Below are positions 42,859 through 51,668 of a stretch of 64,000 nt of DNA, one piece after another. Numbering within the stretch: position 1 is the stretch's first letter; each line of letters begins with the position of its first letter. The DNA lies in NCBI GenBank assembly GCA_043825735.1, contig JBDRRP010000069.1:1-64000 (forward strand). The letters run 5' to 3'. Position numbers and translations under genes: made by a program. This stretch comes from Pseudomonadota bacterium. Its GTDB lineage: Bacteria > Desulfobacterota > Desulfobacteria > Desulfobacterales > JBDRRP01. Under the pieces are notes generated by a model. It did not search any database. It saw only the letters and a program-made list of their open reading frames with translations, and was not told the origin of the DNA.

Positions 42859-43482
42859 TTACTCTTTGATGTTAACACCGTCGATCTCTTTCCCCTGGAG
42901 GCATAGAGGGCAGGCCGTCGGAATGTATCTCTCAAATGGCGAACGAAACAAGCTCCTCAGGTTCAAGGTGGAGGATATCTCGCTGTCAACTCGAGAGCAA
43001 ATAACTGCGGCCCCAACTACCTTAAGTCCTTGAGATACCACGAAAGAGGTATATTCTGACAAGCTGGATCCGCTGTATGCTATATCATCAACAAACAGAC
43101 ACGATGTCCCTGATTCTGGACTAAAATCCCTATGGAACTTCTTCGGGCCAGCTTTTGAACGATAAACAATTGTGAAAGGGATACCGAGGCGTTTAGCTAC
43201 CGAAAATGCCAATATTGTTCCAACCATAGCAGGTCCGATAATAACTTCGATGCTGCACCAGCGTTCGGAGAAAAGACGAGTTAAACGCTCCCCCAATTCT
43301 TCTACGATAATTGGGTACCTAAGGAATGTCATTTTGCTGACGTATCCATTCCCGTGGTATCCATCTTGGAAAACAAAATGACCTTCATGCCAGCCTCCAG
43401 CTTGCTTGATAATGTCTTGCGTAGAGAGGGACAAGTCATCGGGAAAATCGTCACGCCGAAGGAGGTCTTGATTATGATTCAA
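42859..43482 (-). CDS. Orotate-PRTase-like type I phosphoribosyltransferase (divergent)
   Basis: EGHF...GYH..Y, IGPAMVG, FVDDIAYSGSS PRPP loop, CPLC tail; TTG start. Confidence 0.82.
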   Translation of the reverse strand: MNHNQDLLRRDDFPDDLSLSTQDIIKQAGGWHEGHFVFQDGYHGNGYVSKMTFLRYPIIVEELGERLTRLFSERWCSIEVIIGPAMVGTILAFSVAKRLGIPFTIVYRSKAGPKKFHRDFSPESGTSCLFVDDIAYSGSSLSEYTSFVVSQGLKVVGAAVICSRVDSEISSTLNLRSLFRSPFERYIPTACPLCLQGKEIDGVNIKE

Positions 43483-44027
43483 AGAGTGGGCTCCGAAACC
43501 AAAGAAGTTGAACGAAAAATCGGAAAAAGCCGTCGGCCGGGCAATACAGGTGCTGCGAGATCACTGCTGAGCGATTTAAACGGACTATTTGACCGATGAA
43601 CATGTGACTAATTAACCGTCCGGGATTTGTGGCCCATGAGAAGAGGACTACACCAAAATCGCTGTGTGTCAAGAAAAGCTCTTGTCAATTGGGGGTCGGC
43701 GATAATATTTCGAGCGTGCTACCAACCTTGCGACACCTCGCCCGGTTGTGATTCAAGAGGCATATCAAAAAGAGTGGTTCCGTGGATCTATATTCTGCAA
43801 TACATGAATTCATGTGCGCGGGTTGCCGCGTTCTCATCACCATCGGTTGCCTCCAATCGCTGGTCTGAAAAATATTTTTTCGGCTGCTTGCCTATTGAGA
43901 CAAATGCAAGAAAACAGAGAATTGAAGGATGGGCTCCAAGTGTCGTTGTTGACAAAAATATACCTATACTGCTCAAATCGACTATATTTCAGAACCACCC
44001 ACCCATCTGTTGCTAATTGGCGCGTAT

Positions 44028-44056
44028 AATGTAAAAAACATTTAACGCCATGTCAA
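44028..44056 (-). promoter_or_regulatory. Putative sigma70 promoter facing the SIR2 operon
   Basis: TTGACA-17bp-TACATT on the minus strand. Confidence 0.4.
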
Positions 44057-44138
44057 TAGACTAATTGATATTATTTTCAGCTTAAACAGTGAGATACGTG
44101 CCTGGCACACTTATCACAAGCATCTATTGCTTGCTTAA

Positions 44139-44556
44139 CTAGTGTCCGTCCAGAAATTGGCCAAATCAGCCGTGGCCGAGCGTGGCCCGGCTGTAGGACT
44201 TTGCCCGCCTGGAAGAAAATCCCAGGCATGTGTCACTAAAATGTAGTCTGCGCAAAAAATGGCTCAGTTTAAAAACACCTATCCACACCGAGCAGTTAAA
44301 CGGGCGCCGCGATACCGGCTAGGCCAATTGCTTTCGTGCGATCGTAAGCAAGTTGGCCGAAACGATTGCCGACCAAACGTATCTCTTAAATCCATGCCAG
44401 CCTTTCCAAATGCACCGATCTAGGCCAAAACAACGCTTAAGCCAGGATATGCCTGACTCGATGCCAGCTCGAAAATTGCGCAGTCGCCTGAATACGTATG
44501 TGCTGCGGAACATATCGGTTTCTTTCAAGCCACGCTTTTTGGCAAAACAGGCATCA
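44139..44556 (-). mobile_element. IS remnant: transposase C-terminus and right end (ISNCY/IS5-like)
   Basis: RNFRAGIESGISWLKRCFGLDRC..KG...YV...NL; ends at CTAG. Confidence 0.75.
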
Positions 44557-45063
44557 TAGATCCCTGCTGTACCCTCACCGGATGGACACGGTGCCGATGC
44601 TGGAGGACGCCTATGCCTTGTGTGAGGCGTGCGATCTGTTCGCGCCCCTGAGCAAGTCTGTGAAGGTGGTCAAGGGCGGAGAGATGATCGTGCACTGAAA
44701 GGTGGGCAGGGTACACAGAAAACAGGGCACAGTAGGAATGAGTCAGAAGTTCCTTTATGACTGTGCTGATAACGGCCCCCATCAATCATAGGAAAAGGCG
44801 GTTCAACTGACCATTTTTAGGGAATTTAAAACGCAGGGAAGAAGATCCGTTGTTTTCAGCAAGGGACAGTCCTTTTTGGCGATAAAGCGGTATCGGCTAG
44901 ATATCAAAATATTTCTGGCAAAAATGATAATTGCGATACATTGCAGATAAGTTCAACGCAAATATATGCGGCTTGATCGCGGAATGTTATTGTTGAAATT
45001 AAGTGTTGTATCGCCAGAATCCTGTCGCTCTCACTTGACGTTGGAACCCTTCGGCGTGGCCCG

Positions 45064-46470
45064 TTACGCAACTTTCGAGCCCTTCGGCTGGTTTGTGAAA
45101 TCCTCCGGGATCAGGTTCTGGGTGAGCTGGAAAAGGCCTTCGAAAACGTGGCGTCGCAATTCGACCTCGACCATCAATGTCTGATTGGGTTCGAAATAAC
45201 GCTTAAGCGAGGCAAAAGTGCCACGGTGCTCCGCAACAGTATAACACGCTAAACCTTCCGATGGGCGTGCTGCAATCCGAAAGCCGAACTTGCCCGCCAA
45301 CTCGGGTTTGCCGAGCCAGTCGTTCATTACGTCGTAGTCGATGTAGTATGTGAGCCTGCCGGGGTTCAACAGGTTTCGCTGACGGTCGACGAAAAAGCCG
45401 GGTGGTAGATGGTTCGGATCATAAGAGGGCCCTGCGGTAAAAACTACGTCGTAGTCATTAAGCTCATTCCCACGGTCATCCGTTAATCGGATAACAAGCA
45501 TGCAATAGCGATTAGTTGTGAACTTACGTTCGAAAACGAAAAACTCCCGTACCGTCTCTTCATTCTCATCCACTTGGGTCTGCGCTGTGAGCTTGTCCAA
45601 CTCTCCTGTCAGGCGCTTGTAAGCCGTTTGGTTTGTCACTTCTAGGCAGCGGACAACCCACCGGACGGTTGGGTGTGTGCCGTTGTCATTGGCCTTCACG
45701 CTGCGGACGATGCCGATCGTCTCACCGGAATGGGAAAGGCCGGGGAGAACGCCAAATGCAGTTCTGGAGTTGCGCCTTTCCTTGCTCAGCCTTAACCCTC
45801 CGTCTGTTTGCACCAACCTGATGAGTCCGTAGTTCAAGTTTGCAGCGGCGACCCGTACAACTCCGTCTGAGCCCGCTTCGTCGGTATATGTATTGAGGTG
45901 GTCATACAATGAACGGTCAATCTTCTGCCCTGTGAGCACGAATGGATAGAGACCTGAAACCAGACAATCATAGCCAAGCCACTCGTGATTGAGTTCCCAA
46001 TTCTGCACACTACCGAGTTCCAGCCAGTCGAGCACGCCCACTCCTGGCTCGAGGCCATCTTTGATGAACTTCATTCGGGCAATTCGCCCCTTTCCGAGCT
46101 GTGCCAACGCCGAGCCATGGTTTGCTGGCGCCAGCATGATGAGATGTCCAAGGGGGCACTTGGTGAGGTTATCTCGGTAGTACAGGTCAATCCATTTGCG
46201 CACCACTGGTGCACCGGTCGAATGAGTTATACAGGCAAAACGTTCGCCTCTATCCAGTTTCGGTAGCACCTCCGCCGCGATTGCGTGCTGCATTGCGCGA
46301 GCGATATCATCTATCATCACTTCGTCCGCGAAACTAACGTACTTCGCTAGATAGATGTGTCCGACCTGGAGTCCCATCTTGGGAGATGCATTTCGGATCA
46401 ACGCTTCGGGTAGCCCACCATACGTAACGGTATCGGTAACACTCCATCCGTGCACAAACACTGTCAACAT
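45064..46470 (-). CDS. Alpha/beta hydrolase (lipase-like)
   Basis: VFVHG, THSTG nucleophile elbow, LAPANHGS, SDGVV, LSHS. Confidence 0.82.
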   Translation of the reverse strand: MLTVFVHGWSVTDTVTYGGLPEALIRNASPKMGLQVGHIYLAKYVSFADEVMIDDIARAMQHAIAAEVLPKLDRGERFACITHSTGAPVVRKWIDLYYRDNLTKCPLGHLIMLAPANHGSALAQLGKGRIARMKFIKDGLEPGVGVLDWLELGSVQNWELNHEWLGYDCLVSGLYPFVLTGQKIDRSLYDHLNTYTDEAGSDGVVRVAAANLNYGLIRLVQTDGGLRLSKERRNSRTAFGVLPGLSHSGETIGIVRSVKANDNGTHPTVRWVVRCLEVTNQTAYKRLTGELDKLTAQTQVDENEETVREFFVFERKFTTNRYCMLVIRLTDDRGNELNDYDVVFTAGPSYDPNHLPPGFFVDRQRNLLNPGRLTYYIDYDVMNDWLGKPELAGKFGFRIAARPSEGLACYTVAEHRGTFASLKRYFEPNQTLMVEVELRRHVFEGLFQLTQNLIPEDFTNQPKGSKVA

Positions 46471-46738
46471 ACACAGCCCCCTATTATTCTCTAAACCCCG
46501 TTACGGGGCTTCTCACCCATTGCCATAGATACCGTCTTAGAGCCGCATGTCTTGAAATAATCCAGGAAAGGAATGTCGCCTCCTGCTCTCGGCCCAGATG
46601 GCTAAACAGCGAAAAAGAGAGATATTTGTCAATAGTTGTAATATTCCTATATCATCCAGATTGTGAGGTTTAGGAATGGCATTCCTCGCTGGAACACCAT
46701 TCCCATCAGCTCATTTTTTCATTCAGGATTGATGCAGA

Positions 46739-47044
46739 TTAACCTTTTTTCCTGCCCTCCCGCCACCCCTTTTTGAGTAGCCTCCGGCGTTCAGCCTCCT
46801 CCCGGCCCTCCTCGTAGGCCCAGCCCATAGCACTTCCCAGGTAAAAGACCTCTCGTCCTGTTAATCCATCTGCATCAGCCTCTTCACCAGCGGGCATCTC
46901 ATCGTCCGGACCCTCCGGTTCGTCCATGTCATCGCCGGGCAAAGCCTCATCGAACTGATCCTCCATGGAATCATCATCCATGCCGCCGTCATCGCCGAAT
47001 CCGCCGTCGTCGTAATCACCGAAATCATCATCAAAGTCACTCAT
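46739..47044 (-). CDS. Small highly acidic protein
   Basis: GGAGG RBS; MSDFDDDFGDYDDGGFGDD... Confidence 0.65.
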   Translation of the reverse strand: MSDFDDDFGDYDDGGFGDDGGMDDDSMEDQFDEALPGDDMDEPEGPDDEMPAGEEADADGLTGREVFYLGSAMGWAYEEGREEAERRRLLKKGWREGRKKG

Positions 47045-47093
47045 GGTTCTGCCTCCGTTTCTGATTGTAAGTGAGTGCCTGCAAAAACCGCAA

Positions 47094-47264
47094 CTAATTT
47101 TTGCGCCGGCCGCTGCGCTCAAAGTCCTCATCCTTGCCAAAGCCCTCACCGAAGTTTTCATACCGACCAGTATCGAACAGAAACCAACGGCCACCGAGCA
47201 CCCTCAGCAGTATGTCCCAAAGCCGCTCAGGCCGCTGTAACCGCTTCTTTTCCTCTTTGGTCAT
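47094..47264 (-). CDS. Hypothetical protein
   Basis: AGGAGG RBS; MTKEEKKR... Confidence 0.5.
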   Translation of the reverse strand: MTKEEKKRLQRPERLWDILLRVLGGRWFLFDTGRYENFGEGFGKDEDFERSGRRKN

Positions 47265-47341
47265 GATGTCTCCTCCTTCAAAACTGAGAGCCCCGCCGGC
47301 CTCGACACCGACAGGGCGCCCGTTATTGTTTGTGGATGTAT

Positions 47342-47551
47342 TCACCGCGCAATCAGGTCAATCATCCCTTCAATCTGCCTGACCGTAATGAAGTGCTGAA
47401 AACCGTTGATGCCGGTCATCTGTCCCAGCTCCCATTTCAGGTGCCGAAGAATGTTTCGGAATACGCACTCGATTGTGACGCCGTGGGTTTCCGCCAGCGT
47501 CTTGACCTTCTGTTGATGTTGCTCGGACAGGGCATGCCAGTAATCGTCCAT
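47342..47551 (-). CDS. Hypothetical protein
   Basis: AAGGAG RBS; MDDYWHAL... Confidence 0.55.
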   Translation of the reverse strand: MDDYWHALSEQHQQKVKTLAETHGVTIECVFRNILRHLKWELGQMTGINGFQHFITVRQIEGMIDLIAR

Positions 47552-47629
47552 GCTCGATGCTCCTTTCTCAAAATGAAAAAGCCCCCACGATCCGATAAGC
47601 CATGGGGGCTGTTGCAAGATAGGCTGGGT

Positions 47630-48097
47630 CTATCCCAGCGCTTCGGTGAAAAACTTCATCCAACCGGCCGAAAAATCCGCTTCCGGGGCGCCGAACAGGG
47701 ATGCTTGTCTCTGGATACGCTCGACCTTACCACCCTCCCAGTGCAGGACGATTTCCTTGCCCAAGCGCTTGGCGTAATGAACCTCGTATCTCGTGCCTCC
47801 GGTGAGGCCATCCTCCTTGCTGATGAAGGCGTGTACGATATGGCAGGCCGCGATTAGCTGACGGTTCCGGCGGTAGTAACGCTCCACCATGTCCGCGTGG
47901 GACTGAATGCCGGTGAGATCCGGAGAATAGAGACGGACCTCGAAGCCCGTCGCTTTGGCTGCTTCTCCTGCCCAGGTGCATACACCGCGACAGGAACTGG
48001 TGATGATGACGGCGCCCCGGGGAAGGGTATTGATCAAATCGATGACAGACTGCCGGTCCTGGTATTTACGGGCACCGACGATGCCGATGTGAATCAT
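47630..48097 (-). CDS. SLOG-superfamily (YspA/DUF2493/DprA-like) protein
   Basis: IGIVGAR, YYRRN, GGT...YAKRLGK. Confidence 0.75.
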   Translation of the reverse strand: MIHIGIVGARKYQDRQSVIDLINTLPRGAVIITSSCRGVCTWAGEAAKATGFEVRLYSPDLTGIQSHADMVERYYRRNRQLIAACHIVHAFISKEDGLTGGTRYEVHYAKRLGKEIVLHWEGGKVERIQRQASLFGAPEADFSAGWMKFFTEALG

Positions 48098-48238
48098 GGG
48101 CTGCTCCTTTCAAAACGAAAAAGCCCCCGCAGCGGCGCCGAAAGGACGCACCACGGGGGCTCTTTCTGTTGGGTGTTAATTTGACTTAACGGGAATTGTG
48201 AAACGAGGTGTTAAATCGATTTAACAGCGATTTGCGGA

Positions 48239-49177
48239 TTACGAGCGAACCATGCCGAGGAGGGTACCGCCGGCCCGCTCAAGGCGATAGGCTTCGGTGG
48301 CAGAGAGGCTGGATGCCTGTGCGGCCCGGGTGAAAGCCTGGATCACATGGAACATCGTGGCCCCGGACTCGTGGAAATACGCCTGCTTGATGATGGCCGT
48401 CTCCTCCTGGGTGATCTGAAACTGCCTTGCGAAGGTCTCGATGCTCCTTTCGGGATTGGCCACCGGCGTCCGGGCGCTGATGAGAAACCTATCCTGCCCA
48501 TGGCGCGACTGATCCACCACCCCTCGCAGAACGTCGGGGAACTCATCCAGGACCCGCCGGCTGATGTGCTTGTACCGGCTATTCACTGCCGTCTTGGCGA
48601 TGAGTCCATTGGTGCAAATGAGGCGAAAATAGAAGGCCTCGATGGACAGGGCCAAAATGCCCACTTCGGAGTTGGCGATGGAAATGCCGGGCACGATGCC
48701 ATCCTTTTCAGACACCTGAAACTGCCGGTCGTACTCTGGCACCTTCATCACCATGATCTGCTGATCCAGAGAGAAGTGAACCTCGCCGGCCGGGTCGAAT
48801 CCGTATTCCAGCATCTTGGTCAGCACCTCCATGTGATCTATGGCTGTGTACCTTTCCGTAAAAACTGCACGCAGGGCCTGACCGTCGAAACGGCAGAACA
48901 GGGATTGACGTGTGAGGCTTTCCCGCTCCAGCCAGTAGTTGAGGTTGGCCTGCTGCAAGTCCTCCGGGCACCGGTCCAGGTAGCTGTAGGGCACCCGCAG
49001 CCGGTTGGCCAAAAGGCGCTGAGCACTGGGCTGAACCGCGAACGATTGCCCGGCGATGGTCATCTGTTCCAGGGACGAAAAGCGCATATCCCGGATGGCG
49101 ACGGTGTCATCGTAGTGGTTGGCGGATGCATTGTGAACGAGGGTAATGGCCGACTCTAACGTGCGTGTGGTCTTCAT
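48239..49177 (-). CDS. DUF932 family protein
   Basis: RAVFTERY, GISIANSEVG, FRLICTNGL. Confidence 0.85.
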   Translation of the reverse strand: MKTTRTLESAITLVHNASANHYDDTVAIRDMRFSSLEQMTIAGQSFAVQPSAQRLLANRLRVPYSYLDRCPEDLQQANLNYWLERESLTRQSLFCRFDGQALRAVFTERYTAIDHMEVLTKMLEYGFDPAGEVHFSLDQQIMVMKVPEYDRQFQVSEKDGIVPGISIANSEVGILALSIEAFYFRLICTNGLIAKTAVNSRYKHISRRVLDEFPDVLRGVVDQSRHGQDRFLISARTPVANPERSIETFARQFQITQEETAIIKQAYFHESGATMFHVIQAFTRAAQASSLSATEAYRLERAGGTLLGMVRS

Positions 49178-49562
49178 GTTACGATTTCCTTTCGTGGGTA
49201 GAACGTCATGAAACAAAAAAACCTCGCCGGCACGATACCGGGAGGGCTGATGGAACGAACTGCTACAGTGGTCAGATTGTCACGAGCTACTTGGTGCGAA
49301 CTGCCATACGGGTCAGATTGTAATGGGGGCTATCACCTCCTTTCTTGGGTGGGTTTTGGAACGGAGTGCCATAGGGGGTAGATTGTAATTGGCTGAATCA
49401 GGTCGTTGACAGGAACCGTATTTGGGAGGAGACTAAAGTGAGCCCTCTAGCGGCGGAGCCCTGTGGATAAACTTTTGAGGATACTTCTTGTATAGGCAAA
49501 AATGAGGAACTCCGTTTCTCATGGAAGCCAATCTAATTATGTTACCTGCTTTGTGAGGATCT

Positions 49563-50285
49563 ATGCAGACTGAAAACTACAGGAATTGGCTTTCCGCGCA
49601 GAAATACCAAAGCGGGACGATCGCCGCACAGATGCATAGGGCAAGTAGGGTCGAGGAGCACTATGGTGATCTTGATGCGTTGTATGCTGAGGATCGCCTG
49701 GAGGGATTGATCAGCGAACTTACTTACACTACCCAGGATCGGCGAAACAATCGGCCCAACGAAACGAAAATCCCTTTCGAAGGTGTTGCCTACAATAATT
49801 TGGCGTCATACCGCGATGCCGTAAGGCGATATCGCCGTTTTCTGGGAGATGCCCCAGGGAATGTTGGCCCCATAGATCCAGACGAGGGAGAAAGCCCCGA
49901 GCCTGAGGCCCCACCACAAACAATCGGTCTGGAAAAAGATATGCAGGCTGCGATTCGTCAGAATATAGGCCAGATAGAGCAAGGCCTTCGTATCACGGAT
50001 AACGGTCGGGAACGTTCCGTTGAAACGGGCTTAATCGACATCACGGCCGAAGATACCGAATCGATCCCTGTCGTTATCGAGTTGAAGACAGGGGTCGCCG
50101 GGCAGCACGCTGTCGCCCAGATATTGAGTTACATCGGGAGCGTTATGGAAGAGGAAGGAACTGACAACGTTCGTGGTATCTTGATAGCCTCTGATTTTGA
50201 CAGAAAAGCACGCGCCGCGGCAAAAGTCGTTCCCAGTTTGACTTTGATGCGCTATCAATTTTCCTTCCAGTTTTTTCCAGAATGA
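49563..50285 (+). CDS. NucS-like (DUF91) PD-(D/E)XK endonuclease domain protein
   Basis: LEKDMQ, IDI, VVIELK, QILSY, RGILIA. Confidence 0.82.
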   Translation: MQTENYRNWLSAQKYQSGTIAAQMHRASRVEEHYGDLDALYAEDRLEGLISELTYTTQDRRNNRPNETKIPFEGVAYNNLASYRDAVRRYRRFLGDAPGNVGPIDPDEGESPEPEAPPQTIGLEKDMQAAIRQNIGQIEQGLRITDNGRERSVETGLIDITAEDTESIPVVIELKTGVAGQHAVAQILSYIGSVMEEEGTDNVRGILIASDFDRKARAAAKVVPSLTLMRYQFSFQFFPE

Positions 50286-50448
50286 TGTGTGGTGCACTCG
50301 GCAGCTAACATCGCTGATGATGACGTTTGCCATATGTAATCATGTAAATAATTACGCGCTTCGAGTCGCTCAGACTTTTTCTTAACGAGAATAGTTGGGT
50401 TGCATTGGAAGAACTTAAGATCGTCCTTCAATAAAGATTGTGGATCAC

Positions 50449-51621
50449 ATGATGTCTCTATACCAAAAGCTATTCAAATACGCACTGACCGAGAACAAGA
50501 GCCCTCTGGAGAACTTTCTGACCGAGGCGCTGGCGGATCTCATCAACCGAATGTCGGTGTACGATGCAGCACGATTTACGGGGGAGTGTCTTCTATCGCA
50601 TTCCAGTGATGCTGGGGCCGCTTTAAAGATTGCATCGCGCCTGGCAGCGGCTGCACAGGTGAATGCAGTTAGCCAATATTCCATTAGTTTCGACGGTACC
50701 GTAAAATACCCCGACATGGCTGTGTTCGGAGATCGTCTGGTCATGTTGATTGAAAACAAGGTGGGGGCCGGGTTCACCTATGACGAAGTGGAAGATACCA
50801 ACGGGCAACTCGCGGACCATGGTCAGCTGGAAGCCTACAGCTCTTGGCTTTCACGGAACCATCCGAATGCGGCACTCGTTCTGCTAACACATTCGACGCC
50901 TCCTCCGCCCAATTTCCTTACTAATCACACGACTTATGGCAAACAACTGAGGGCCGTGGTCTACTGGCCGTCGGTTTACAAATGGCTAAAACGAAACCTG
51001 GCAGGTAAGTCGGATGAGCCGATCATAGGCCAGCTCACAGATGAGTTTCTCACATTCTTGGAGGGAAAAGGGATGAGCGACATTTCAAACATGGAATTGT
51101 CTGCCATGGATATCTTCCTATCAAACCGGATCAACCAAAAGATTGCGACAGTGATGGCCAGAGCTCGGCAAGTGGCCGCTGGCACTATCCAAAGCATCGT
51201 CTCTCAAGCCAAGTCGGCAGCAAACTATTACGACGATGCCCAGTGCGTGTGGGACTGGTGCTACTGTTTGGACAGAGAACTGAGTTGGTACATCGGGTGG
51301 GGGCTTCGGTTTCCGGACGGGGCGACAGAGTGGAGCAGTTATGATCTGCCGATATATCCACAAGCCTTTATAACCATCGGCAGTGACAACATCGCCATTC
51401 CCCTCATGGGGATAGAGGTTGATCGCAGACTGCCCGATTGGCTTTGGAAGCAAAATAAGGACTACTCAGAGTGCTTTAAGATTACCAACCTGAGCGAACT
51501 ATGCGCGGATGCCTCGGGGTTTTCCCAGGCATTTCTGACCTGGCTTGAACATGGGTTGAAAGAGGCAAGTTCCATTGCTTCACTTGCTTATGAGGTTCAC
51601 CAAGGGCAGGAATCGAAATAA
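50449..51621 (+). CDS. PD-(D/E)XK nuclease family protein
   Basis: ENFLTE, PDM, LIENK, QLEAY. Confidence 0.78.
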   Translation: MMSLYQKLFKYALTENKSPLENFLTEALADLINRMSVYDAARFTGECLLSHSSDAGAALKIASRLAAAAQVNAVSQYSISFDGTVKYPDMAVFGDRLVMLIENKVGAGFTYDEVEDTNGQLADHGQLEAYSSWLSRNHPNAALVLLTHSTPPPPNFLTNHTTYGKQLRAVVYWPSVYKWLKRNLAGKSDEPIIGQLTDEFLTFLEGKGMSDISNMELSAMDIFLSNRINQKIATVMARARQVAAGTIQSIVSQAKSAANYYDDAQCVWDWCYCLDRELSWYIGWGLRFPDGATEWSSYDLPIYPQAFITIGSDNIAIPLMGIEVDRRLPDWLWKQNKDYSECFKITNLSELCADASGFSQAFLTWLEHGLKEASSIASLAYEVHQGQESK

Positions 51622-51668
51622 AAATCCTTTGGAACAAATGATTCAGTCCTGGGGCTAATTCACCAATG

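Noticed and set aside
43490..44020. Short ORFs upstream of the PRTase
   Set aside because: No RBS or motifs that I can support.
44558..44697. GC-rich gene-tail-like fragment next to the IS remnant
   Set aside because: Too short to assign; probably deletion debris.
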